Below the pieces are notes generated by a model that had not been told where the DNA came from, did no database searches, and saw only the letters and a program-made list of their open reading frames with translations. The translations under genes were made by a program, and so were the position numbers. DNA of 55,298 nt from Octopus sinensis (lineage: Eukaryota), in assembly GCF_006345805.1 (NCBI RefSeq), contig NW_021835369.1:1-55298 (forward strand). Reading direction: 5' to 3'. Below are positions 36,839 to 48,456 of this stretch, in pieces (within the stretch, counting starts at the first letter, position 1; each line of letters opens with the position of its first letter).

Positions 36839-37765
36839 GGGTCCCCTATGGGTCTTAATCCAGCTCTATGCCAGACTCTTGATAAAACCCCTACTAGTCT
36901 CTTAATAAATACTTGCTGTCTAATCAATAACCACACCAGTCCTGTTGAAAAATACGCTCTTTCTTTTACTTGTTTCAGTCATTTGACTGCGGCCATGCTG
37001 GAGCACCGCCTTTAGTCGAGCAAATCGACCCCGGGACTTATTCTTTGTAAGCACAGTACTTATTCCATCGGTCTCTTTTGCCGAACCGCTAAGTGACGGG
37101 GACATAAACACACCAGCATCAGTTGTCAAGCAATGCTAGGGGGACAAACACAGACACACAAACACACGCATACATATATATATATACATATATACGACAG
37201 GCTTCTTTCAGTTTCCGTCTACCAAATCCACTCACAAGGCATTGGTCGGCCCGGGGCTATAGCAGAAGACACTTGCCCAAGATGCCACGCAGTGGGATTG
37301 AACCCGGAACCATGTGGTTGGTAAACAAGCTACTTACCACACAGCCACTCCTGCGCCTTTTATCAATACTATTGATAAAAACTCCTAACACGGAAATAAA
37401 ATCTCCTTGTCTACAGTTAAAGCATGGTGGGCTCTTAGTTGAGTATCAGGGTAATGTGCTATACCTTCATCAGAGCCTTGAATATATAACTTTCCTAAAT
37501 CATGTGCACTTCATATTCAAGGCTCTGAGGAAGCCATAGCACTTTATCCTGGGACTCAACTAAGAGCCCACTATGTTTTAACTGTAGACCAGGAGATTTT
37601 ATTTCCAGGTAAGCAGTTTTGATCAATAGTGTTTTTCAACATGGCAAAGATATTTTTCAACAGGGCCGATGTGGTTATTGATTAGCCAGCAAATCTTTTT
37701 TAACAGACTAGTAGGAGTTTTATCAGGAGTCTGGCTCAGAGCTGGATTAAGACCCATAGAGACCC
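36839..37765. mobile_element. Long palindromic MITE (arms ~270 bp, 27-nt loop at 37486-37512) with TA flanks and a family A SINE in its left arm (36961-37358)
   Basis: TA|GGGTCCCCTATGGGTCTTAATCCAGCTC... pairs with ...GAGCTGGATTAAGACCCATAGAGACCC|TA. Inner CTTCATCAGAGCCTTGAATAT pairs with ATATTCAAGGCTCTGAGGAAG. Confidence 0.8.
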
Positions 37766-37825
37766 TAAGTACTTAAAAGAATATTGGTGCCCCTATATAT
37801 ATGCAATTCAAAATATAAACAACAA

Positions 37826-38622
37826 TAACAAGTCAGAGATTTTATCAATGTCAGTTTTTATCAATAAACTAGGGAACTTTTTACTATATACTTTTAACAA
37901 AAGGCCAGTGTCCATTATCAATGAGCCAGCAATAATTATCAATAGTCCAGTGTTTTTTATCAATAGGCCAGAGGCTTTTGTCACCAGCTCGTGGGATTTT
38001 ATCAAGAGACCAGGTTTTCTTTCATCAAATAAGTTTGATGTCTTATCATTAGTTTAGATGTTTTTATCAACACGTCACAGGCTTTTAGCAACTGTTCACA
38101 GTTTTTTGTTTATCAACAGGCCAAAGATTTTTAATCAATAACCCAGAGGATTTTATCAAGATGCCAGAAGTTTTTCTTGGCGAGTCAAAGGTTTTTAATT
38201 TATAAGCCAGAGGTTTTTAAGAGGCCAGTGCTTTTTATCAAGAGACCAGTGCTTTTTATCAACAGGTCAAAGGTTTTAATCAATAAGTCAGAGGTTTTAA
38301 TCAAGGGGCCAGAAGTTTTTCTTGGTGGGTCAAAGGGTTTTTAATTTATAAGTCAGAGGTTTTTATTAAAAGGCCAGGAATTTTTATCAACAGGTCTAAG
38401 GTTTTTATCAAGGGGCCAAAGTGTTTTATCAAGATGCCAGAAATTTTTTATGGTGGGTCAAAGGATTTTAATCTCTGAGCCAGAGGTTTTTATCAACAGG
38501 TCAAAGGTTTCTAATCAATAAGCCAGATGCTTTTATCAAGAGGCCAGAAGTTTTTCTTGATGTGTTAAACGCTTTTAATCATTAAGCCAGGAGATTTTAT
38601 CAATAGGCCAGGGATTTTATCA
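37826..38622 (+). repeat. Degenerate array of ~21-bp subrepeats (left arm; reverse complement of the 39460-40235 array)
   Basis: Recurrent TTTTTATCAA..GGCCAGA. The AGAAGTTTTTCTTGG marker occurs at ~38166, 38311, 38439 and 38546 (spacings ~145, 128, 107). Confidence 0.85.
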
Positions 38623-38819
38623 AAAGGTTATTTGCTCGGGTGAATAAATATGTAGTTGGGAGGTAGGCCTCTCCTGAATTGCATACTGCATCTGTCCATT
38701 AGTTTGCATGCAAAAGAATAGACACAGTGGTTGAGAGGCAGGCCCATTAGTGTTCCTCCGAACATGTGGTGGATTCAGTCCATTAGTTTGCATACAATCA
38801 CTACTCTTGAGCTGTGTAC

Positions 38820-39128
38820 TCTTTTACTTGTTTCAGTCATTTTGACTGTGGCCATGCTGGAGCACTGCCTTTAGTCGAGCAAATCGACCCCAGGACTTAT
38901 TCTTTGTAAGCCTAGTACTTATTCTATTGGTCTCTTTTGCCAAACCGCTAAGTCACAGGGATGTAAACACACCAGCATCGGTTGTCAAGTGATGTTGGGG
39001 GGACAAACACAGACACACAAATCTACTCACAAGGCTTTGGTCAGCCCGAGGCTATAGTAGAAGACACTTGCCCTGGGACTGAACCCGGAACCATGTGGTT
39101 GGTAAGCAAACTACTTAACACACAGCCA
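38820..39128 (-). mobile_element. SINE family A with internal deletions
   Basis: Tail and head present, middle partly missing. Confidence 0.8.
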
Positions 39129-39459
39129 CTATGTAACTATTTATTTATTTTTTGCTCAAGAGCCCTGGTGGAGTGTAAAGTTTGATTCCAGGGCCCAGGT
39201 CTGAGAGTGCTAAAAGCTTTTGCAATACTTTTGCCACTCTCTTGGTTGACACAGGAGGCCGATGACTGGTTCTATCTTGACTGCAAGTTTTGTAGAAGAG
39301 CTGCCGTTCCTCACAGCTTTGTACAAAAATTACAGAAGCCTCTTCTGCTCCTAGGAAATCTAATTAACTCATAGATGGGACCCTGACAGATAATTCTGTT
39401 CTGGGTTGGAACAATCCAGGGAATAATGGTAATTGAGGGGTGACGGAAGTGGCAAACTT

Positions 39460-40235
39460 AATAAAAATCTCTGGCTTAGAGATTAAAAACCTTTGACCCA
39501 CCAAGAAAAACTTCTGGCCCTTGATAAAAACCTCTGACTTATTGATTAAAAACCTTTGATCTGTTGATAAAAACTTCTGGCCTCTTGATAAAAATCTCTG
39601 GCATCTAAATAAAAACCTCTGGCTTAGAGATTAAAATCCTTTGACCCACCAAGAAAAACTTCTGGCCCCTTGATAAAAACCTCTGACTTATTGATTAAAA
39701 ACCTTTGACCTGTTGATAAAAACTTCTGGCCTCTTGATAAAAATCTCTGGCATCTAAATAAAAACCTCTGGCTTAGAGATTAAAATCCTTTGACCCACCA
39801 AGAAAAACTTCTGGCCCCTTGATAAAAACCTCTGACTTATTGATTAAAAACCTTTGACCTGTTGATAAAAACTTCTTGCCCCATGATAAAAATCTCTGGC
39901 CTCTAAATAAAAACCTCTGGCTTAGAGATTAAAATCCTTTGACCCACCAAGAAAGACTTCTGGCCCCTTGATAAAAACCTCTGACTTATTGATTAAAAAC
40001 CTTTGACCTGTTGATAAAAACTTCTTGCCCCATGATAAAAATCTCTGGCCTCTAAATAAAAACCTCTGGCTTAGAGATTAAAATCCTTTGACCCACCAAG
40101 AAAGACTTCTGGCCCCTTGATAAAAACCTCTGACTTATTGATTAAAAACCTTTGACCTGTTGATAAAAACTTCTTGCCCCATGATAAAAATCTCTGGCCT
40201 CTAAATAAAAACCTCTGGCTTAGAGATTAAAAACC
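39460..40235 (-). repeat. Higher-order tandem repeat: 149-bp unit of seven 21-22-bp monomers, ~5.2 copies
   Basis: AAAAACCTCTGGCTTAGAG starts at 39611, 39760, 39909, 40058 and 40207 (exact 149 spacing). Confidence 0.95.
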
Positions 40236-40244
40236 TAGCAATGT

Positions 40245-40500
40245 TCCGCTTTCCCTGTATCTCTGCCCTGTAAAATTCTGTTGACTGTTCTTTGAGCCAC
40301 TTCTTCACTACAGTTTTCACTTCCTTGTCGCTGGAATAATTTAGTGCCTTCAAACTATCATCTCTTCGGTCCCATGAAAGAGGGTTTGAGAGGCAAACAT
40401 TATTCCAGTGACGAGGAAGTGGCTCAAAGAACAGTCAACAGAATTTTACGGGGCAGGGATAGATGGTCTAACTCGAAGGTAGAACATTGCTATTGAGAGA
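40245..40500. mobile_element. Mariner transposase C-terminal fragment present as an inverted duplication
   Basis: Plus strand reads YHLFGPMKEGLRGKHYSSDEE..WLKEQSTEFY. The block GAAGTGGCTCAAAGAACAGTCAACAGAATTTTAC occurs on both strands (~40270-40305 and ~40415-40450). Confidence 0.75.
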
Positions 40501-41104
40501 AATGGCCAGCTCTTGTGAAACTGTCCCGCCCATGCTAGCATGGAAGGTGGACATTAAACAATGAAAATGGTGATGATGATGATGATGATGATGAGGGCTT
40601 TTCTCAGCCTGTGTCTGTAACAGAGGACACTTGCCCAAGCTGCCACACAGTAGAACTGAACCTAGACCCATGTGATTGACAAGCAGGTTTCTTACTGTCC
40701 AGCCACGCCAGCCCATTATAACCCGATGTCACAAATGTCACCAACTCAAACGGAATCACCGTCTCTAAACACATTCTTCCACGTTCTGCTGGTTGCTTCG
40801 CTAATTCTTGTTCCACTTGATTGTAAACAGGGTTGATTGGTGAATCACTAACGAGCTTTTAATTGTACTAATTGATTTGGCTGTCTAACGAATATTAAAC
40901 GAAATGGGATGGAATATATGGCTTTGTGGCTCCTGACTTTGTCTGTCTGTGGTTTTGGGGGATTCAGTGTCAACGTGACCCAACCAGTGGCCATAATTTT
41001 GTATTTTTAGGGTCGTGGTGGTGGTAGTGGAGAGGGGGAAAGGAGGAGGAGGAGGCCTTTTGCATTCTTTGGGGGATGGTGACAAGAAGGGCTAGCCGAG
41101 AAAC

Positions 41105-41227
41105 TAGTCTACTACTACTACTACTACCACCACCACCACCACCACCACCACCACCACCACTACTACTACTACTACCACCACCACCACCACCACCACCACC
41201 ACCACCACTACTACTACTACCACCACC

Positions 41228-41321
<94 letters not shown>

Positions 41322-41375
41322 TCACTACTACTACTACTACTACTATTACTACTACAACTACTACTACCACCACCA

Positions 41376-41415
<40 letters not shown>

Positions 41416-41580
41416 CACTACTACTACTACAACAACAACTACTACTACTACTACTACTATAACTACAACTACTGCTGCTGCTGCAACAGCTACCATTACT
41501 ACAGCTACAACTATTACCACCACCAACAACAACAACAACACCACCATCTCTACTACTACTACTACTACTACTACTACTGG
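41105..41580. repeat. (CTA/CAC)n compound microsatellite
   Basis: Directly visible. Confidence 0.92.
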
Positions 41581-41839
41581 AACCTTGTCAGAGTCCTTTA
41601 TCTTCTCCCTTCTTTATAGTGATTTGCTCACAGAATTGGACCCTTCATGGGATCTTGATATTGAAATCGAATAAGGGACCACGACATTATTGATGATGAC
41701 GATGACAACCGATGATAATGATGACAACGAGGATGATGACGGTGGTGCTGGTGGTGGATGACGATGATGGGGTGATGATGGTGCTGGTGGTTGTATTGGT
41801 GGTGTTAGTGGTAATGGTGGTGATGATGATGGTGGTGGT

Positions 41840-44800
41840 GGCAGTGGTGGTGATGGTTGTAGCGGTGGTGGTGGTGGTGATGGTAGTGGCGGTGGTGGTG
41901 GTGGTGATGGTTGTAGCGGTGGTGGTGGTGGTGATGGTAGTGGCGGTGGTGGTGGTGGTGATGGTTGTAGTGGTGGTGGTGGTGGTGGTGGTGTGTAGCG
42001 GTGGTGGTGGTGGTGATGGTTGTAGCGGTGGTGGTGGTGGTGGTGATGGTTGTAGCGGTGGTGGTGGTGGTGATGGTTGTAGCGGTGGTGGTGGTGGTGA
42101 TGGTTGTAGCGGGTGGTGGTGGTGGTGATGGTTGTAGCGGTGGTGGTGGTGGTGGTGATGGTTGTAGCGGTGGTGGTGGTGGTGGTGATGGTTGTAGTGG
42201 TGGTGGTGGTGGTGATGGTTGTAGCGGTGGTGGTGGTGGTGATGGTTGTAGCGGTGGTGGTGGTGGTGGTGATGGTTGTAGTGGTGGTGGTGGTGGTGAT
42301 GGTTGTAGCGGTGGTGGGGTGGTGATGGTTGTAGCGGTGGTGGTGGTGGTGGTGATGGTTGTAGTGGTGGTGGGTGATGGTTGTAGCGGTGGTGGGGGTG
42401 GTGATGGTTGTAGCGGTGGTGGTGGTGGTGGTGATGGTTGTAGCGGTGGTGGTGGTGGTGATGGTTGTAGCGGTGGTGGTGGTGGTGATGGTTGTAGCGG
42501 TGGTGGTGGTGGTGATGGTTGTAGCGGTGGTGGTGGTGGTGGTGATGGTTGTAGCGGTGGTGGTGGTGGTGGTGATGGTTGTAGTGGTGGTGGTGGTGGT
42601 GATGGTTGTAGCGGTGGTGGTGGTGGTGATGGTTGTAGCGGTGGTGGGTGGTGGTGATGGTTGTAGTGTGTGGTGGTGGTGATGGTTGTAGCGGTGGTGG
42701 GGGTGGTGATGGTTGTAGCGGTGGTGGTGGTGGTGGTGATGGTTGTAGTGGTGGTGGTGGTGGTGATGGTTGTAGCGGTGGTGGTGGTGGTGATGGTTGT
42801 AGCGGTGGTGGTGGTGGTGATGGTTGTAGCGGTGGTTGGTGGTGGTGATGGTTTGTAGCGGTGGTGTGGTGGTGTGATGGTGTAGCGGTGGTGGTGGTGT
42901 GGTGGTGATGGTTGTAGTGGTGGTGGTGGTGGTGATGGTTGTAGCGGTGGTGGTGGTGGTGGTGATGGTTGTAGCGGTGGTGTTGGTGGTGATGGTTGTA
43001 GCGGTGGTGGTGGTGGTGGTGATGGTTGTAGTGGTGGTGTGGTGGTGATGGTTGTAGCGGTGGTTGGTGGTGGTGGTGATGGTTTAGCGGTGGTGGTGGT
43101 GGTGGTGATGGTTGTAGCGGTGTGGTGTGGTGGTGTGATGGTTGTAGTGGTGGTGGTGGTGGTGATGGTTGTAGTGGTGGTTGGTGGTGGTGATGGTTGT
43201 AGCGGTGGTGGTGGTGGTGATGGTTGTAGCGGTGGTGGTGGTGTGGTGATGGTTGTAGTGTGGTGGTGGTGGTGATGGTTGTAGCGGTGGTGGTGGTGGT
43301 GGTGATGGTTGTAGTGGTGGTGGTGGTGGTGATGGTTGTAGCGGTGGTGGTGGTGATGGTTGTAGCGGTGGTGGTGGTGGTGGTGGTGGTTGTAGTGGTG
43401 GTGGTGGTGGTGATGGTTGTAGTGGTGGTGGTGGTGGTGATGGTTGTAGCGGTGGTGGTGGTGGTGGTGATGGTTGTAGTGGTGGTGGTGGTGGTGATGG
43501 TTGTAGCGGTGGTGGTGGTGGTGATGGTTGTAGCGGTGGTGGTGGTGGTGATGGTTGTAGCGGTGTGGTGGTGGTGGTGATGGTTGTAGCGGTGGTGGTG
43601 GTGGTGGTGATGGTTGTAGCGGTGGTGGTGGTGTGGTGATGGTTGTAGTGGTGGTGGTTGGTGGTGATGGTTGTAGCGGTGGTGGTGGTGGTGATGGGTT
43701 TACGGTGGTGGGTGGTGGTGGTGGTGGGGATGGTGTGTAGTGGTGGGGGTGGTGGTGATGGTTGTAGCGGTGGTGGTGGTGGTGATGGTTGTAGCGGTGG
43801 TGGTGGTGGTGGTGATGGTTGTAGTGGTGGTGGTGGTGGTGATGGTTGTAGCGGTGGTGGTGGTGGTGATGGTTGTAGCGGTGGTGGTGGTGGTGGTGAT
43901 GGTTGTAGTGGTGGTGGTGGTGGTGATGGTTGTAGCGGTGGTGGTGGTGGTGATGGTTGTAGCGGTGGTGGTGGTGGTGATGGTTGTAGCGGTGGTGGTG
44001 GTGGTGATGTTGTAGCGGTGGTGGTGGTGGTGATGGTTGTAGCGGTGGTGGTGGTGGTGGTGATGGTTGTAGCGGTGGTGGTGGTGGTGATGGTTGTAGC
44101 GGTGGTGGTGGTGGTGATGGTTGTAGCGGTGGTGGTGGTGGTGATGGTTGTGAGGTGGTGGTGGTGGTGGTAATGGTTGTAGCGGTGGTGGTGGTGTGTG
44201 GTGATGGTTGTAGTGGTGGTGGGTGGTGGTGATGGTTGTAGCGGTGGTGGTGGTGGTGATGTTGTAGCGGCGGTGGTGTGGTGGTGTGATGGATTTAGTG
44301 TGGTGGTGGTGGTGATGGTTGTATCGCGGTGGGTGGTGGTGGGGATGGTTGTAGCGGTGGTGGTGGTGGTGGTGATGTTGTAGCGGTGGTGGTGGTGGTG
44401 GTGATGGTTGTAGCGTGGGTGGGTGGTGGGTGATGGTTTGAGCGGTGGTGGTGGTGGTGATGGTAGTATGGTGGTGGTTGTGGTGGTGATGGTTGTCGGC
44501 GGTGGTGGTGGTGTGGTGATGGTTGTAGTGGTGGTGGTGGTGGTGATGGTTGTAGCGGTGGTGTGGTGGTGGTGGTGATGTTGTAGCGGTGGTGGTGGTG
44601 GTGGTGATGGTTTTGTAGCTGGTGGTGGTGGTGATGGTTGTAGCGGTGGTGGTGGTGGTGATGTAGTGGTGGTGGTGGTGGTGGTGGGATGGTTGTGGGT
44701 AGCGGTGGTGGGGTGGTGGTGATGGTTGTAGTGGTGGTGGTGGTGGTGATGGTTGTAGCGGTGGTGTTGGGGTGGTGGTGATGGATGTAGTGGTGGTGGT

Positions 44801-45500
44801 GGTGGTGATGGTTGTAGGCGGTGGTGGTGGTGGTGATGGTAGTGGTGGTTGTGGTGGTGGGTGATGGTTGTAGCGGTGGTGGTGGTGGTGATGTGTGTTG
44901 GTGGTTGTGAGGGTATGGTGGTGTGTGGTGGTGGTGGTGGTTTTAGCGGTTGAGTGGTGGTTGTGTGTGTATGGTTGTAGCGGTGGTGGTGGTGGTGATG
45001 GTTGTAGCTGTGGTGGTGGTGGTGATGGTTGTAGCGGTGGTGGTGGTGGTGATGGTAGTGGTGGTGGTGGTGGTGGTGATGGTTGTAGCGGTGGTGGTGG
45101 TGGTGATGGTAGTGGTGGTGGTGGTGGTGGTGATGGTTGTAGCGGTGGTGGTGGTGGTGGTGATGGTAGTGGTGGTGGTGGTGTTGTGATGTGGTGGGTG
45201 GGGGGTTGTAGCGGAGGTGGTGGTGGTGATGGTGTCGTGGGGTGTGGTGGTGTTGGTGAGTGGTGGTGGTGTGGGTGGTTGGGTGGTGGGGTGCAGTGGT
45301 GGTGGTGGTGATGGTTGTAGCGGTGGTGGTGGTGATGGTTGTGCGGTGGTGGTGGTGGTGGTGATGGTTGTAGCGGTGGTGGTGGTGGTGATGGTTGTAG
45401 CGGTGGTGGTGGTGGTGATGGTTGTAGCGGTGGTGGCAGTGGTGAAGATGATAGTAGTGGTGGTGGTGGTGATGTTAGTGGTGGTGGTGGTGGTGGTGGT
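41840..45500. repeat. ~3.7-kb minisatellite of GATGGTTGTAGC(GGT)3-5 units, degenerating rightwards
   Basis: Directly visible; generates the GGGGDGCS and VVVVMVVA ORFs. Confidence 0.95.
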
Positions 45501-45576
45501 GGTGATGTTGTAGCGGTGGTGGCATTGTTTACACTGGTGACGGTGGTGATGGTGATGTTGATAATGATGCTTGTGC

Positions 45577-47070
45577 AGGTGTGTGACTCAGTGGCTAGGT
45601 GTATTCAGGTCACAATCATAAGGTTGTAGGTTCGATTCCCAGTGATGCATTATGTCCTTGAGCAAGACACTTTATTTCACTTTACTGCTCCAGTCCACTC
45701 AGCTGGCAAAAATGAGTCATACTTGTTATTCAATAGGGGCCGGCCTTGTCTCATTCTGTGTCATGCTGTATCTCCTTGAGAACTGTGTTAAGGGTACATG
45801 TGTCTGTGGAGTACTCAGCCACTTGCATGTTAATTTCATGTTCTGTTGATCGAGTCAAGTAGAACCCTCATCACAACCGATGAAGTGCCAGGTTTTGTGA
45901 AGGTGTATGGTTAAGGTGTTCAGCTCACAACCATAAGGTTCTGAGTTCGATACCTGACAGTGGGTTGTGTCCTTGAGCAAGACACTTTATTTCACTTTAT
46001 TGCTCCAGTCCACTCAGCTGGCAAGAATGAATTGTACCTGTAATTCCAAAGGGGCCAGCCTTGTCACTTTCAGTGTCATGCTGAATCTCCCTAAGAGCTA
46101 TGTTAAGAGTGTGGATGTCTGTGGAGTACTCAGCCACTTGCAAATTCCTTTCACAAGCAGGCTCTTCCATTGATCATATAACTGATGGAGTTACCAAAGG
46201 CACCTGGCTTAGTGGTCAAGGCCATGAGTTCAGCTCCTGGCAGTGCCTTGTGTCCTTGAGCAAGACACTTTATTCCACATTGTTCCAGTCCACTCAGCTG
46301 GCAAAAATGAGTTGTACCAGTAATTCAAAGGGGGCCGGCCTTGTCTCATTCTGTGTCTTGCTGAATCTCCCAGAGAACTACTGTGGAGTACTCAACCACT
46401 TGCATGTTAATTTCTCGAGCAGGCTGTTCCATTGATCGGATCAACTGGAGCCCTTCTTGTCGTAACCGGTGGAGTGCCAGGGTGTTTTGTCACGGTGAAT
46501 GACCTTGTGGTCAGAGTATTCTGCTCATGACCCTAAAGTCATGAGTTCAATTCCAAGCGACGCATTGTGTCCGCAACACACTTTATTTCCCCTTGCTCCC
46601 ATCCACTCATCTGGCAAGAATATGTATTGTACCAGTAATTCCAAAGGGGCCAGCATTGTCACATTCTGTGTCTTGCTGAATCACCCTGAGAATTACATTT
46701 AAGGTATGTGTCTCTATGGAGCACTCAGCCAGTTGCACATTTTATGAAAGTGCATGGCTTCGTGGTGAGGGTATTTAGCTTATAATTGTAAGGTTGTGAG
46801 TTCAAATCCTGGTGGTGCATTGTGGCCTTGAGCAAGACACTTCATTTCACATTGCTCCAGTTCACTCAGTTTGCAAAAATGAGTTGTACCAGTAATTCAA
46901 AGGGGGCCAGCCTTGTCACATTCTGTGTCAGGCTGAATCACCCTGAGAACTACATTAAGGGTATACATGTCTGTGGAGTACTCAGCCACTTGCATGTTAA
47001 TTGCCTGAGTAGGCTGTCCCGTTGATCAAACCAACTGGGACCCTCGTCGTCATAACCGGCAGAGTGCCAG
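45577..47070 (+). mobile_element. Five head-to-tail SINE family V copies (tRNA-like head, GTCCTTGAGCAAGACACT block, tail shared with family Y)
   Basis: Units ~45577-45891, 45892-46198, 46199-46480, 46481-46743 and 46744-47070, each with CCAGTCCACTCAGCTGGCAA-like and TCAGCCACTTGCA-like blocks. Confidence 0.85.
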
Positions 47071-47504
47071 TATATGGCACTATTAACAAACCAGAAATTC
47101 CCATTTGCAGTTTTGTTTTTCTTAAAACAAAGCCAATCTTAATTTCTTCTCTTTCACTCCAGCTGAAAAAACAAGTTTTTTTAACTAATAATATTTAATT
47201 AATACCATTCTCGTTAACATTGTTTAATATCTGATATTTACAGTGTTGAGAAATTAACAAAGACTCTAGATTTATTTCTTATTTGTTTTAGTCATTAGAC
47301 TGCGGCCATGCTGGGGCACCTACCGCCTTGACGAAGTTTTAGTTGGATGAATAAACCCCCAAGGACTTTTAAAATTTTTTAAGCCTAATTCTTATCCTAT
47401 CATTTTTCTTTAGCTGAACTATTAAGCTACAGAGATGTAAACAAACCAACACTGGTTGTCAAGAGGTGAGTGGGGGACAAACACAGAAACACACACACAC
47501 AGGT

Positions 47505-48245
47505 GTTTGTTGTTGCTTCCCAACAACATGGTTCCAGGTTCAGTCCCACTACGTGACACCTTGGGCAAGTGTCTTCTACAGTAGCCTCAGGTCAACCAAA
47601 GCTTTGAGAGTGGACTTGCCAGATGGAAACTGAAAGAAACCTGTTGTGCATATATATCATCATCATCATCATCATTTAGCGTCCGTTTTCCATGCTAGCA
47701 TGGGTTGGACGGTTCAACTGGGGTCTGGGAAGCCAGAAGGCTGCGCCAGGCCCAGTTGGATCTGGCAGTGTTTCTACAGCTGGATGCCCTTCCTAACACC
47801 AACCACTCCATGAGTGTAGTGGGTGCTTTTTACGTGCCACTGGCACGGGGCCTAGACAAGGCTGGCAAACAGCCACGATCGGATGGTGCTTTTTACGTGT
47901 CACCGGCACGGGGGCCAGGCCAGGCTGGCAACGGCCACGATCAGATGGTGCTTTTTATGTACCACGGGCACAAGGCCAGTTGGGGCGGTGCTATATATAT
48001 ATATATATATAAATATGCATATATCGATGTGTATGTTCATGTCTGTGTTTGTCCCCCTATCATTGCTTAACAACCAATGTTGGTGTATTTACGCTCCTGT
48101 AACTTACTGGTTCGGCAATAGAGACCGATAGAATAAGTACTAGGCTTACAAAGAATAAGTTCTGGGGTTGATTTATTCGACTAAAACCTTTTAAGGTAGT
48201 GCTCCAGCATGGTCGCAGTCAAATGACTAAAACAAAACAAGTAAA
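47505..48245 (+). mobile_element. SINE family A split by a family R element (47657-47992, minus) in its central TA tract
   Basis: 5' half 47505-47650, 3' half 48030-48245. A separate minus-strand 3' half lies at ~47280-47500. Confidence 0.75.
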
Positions 48246-48320
48246 AGAATAGAAGAATAGAGGAATGAAGGAATTATATGCAATGACCATTATTTTTAAC
48301 TTATTTCTCATATATATATA

Positions 48321-48456
48321 CTAGCATTAAAGACCCGTCGTTGCCGGGTCATAGTGCTAGTGCATGTATATATGTGTATATGTGTACATATTACATGTAC
48401 ATCTATATATATATATACATCTACACATAAAATACAAATACAAAGTTATATCTTGA
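48321..48456 (-). mobile_element. Helitron family A 3' end (hairpin plus CTAG)
   Basis: Minus strand GACCCGGCAACGACGGGTC-TTTAATG-CTAG|T; 48361-48456 matches 28325-28420 in the large Helitron. Confidence 0.8.

Noticed and set aside
39460-40235. CRISPR-like array
   Set aside because: Units are contiguous near-identical repeats without unique spacers, there are no cas genes, and the context is eukaryotic.
42001-45513. Gly/Cys-rich repeat protein (GGGGDGCS)n
   Set aside because: The frame shifts repeatedly, all frames are equally repetitive, and there is no start, signal peptide or splice context; a minisatellite explains it.
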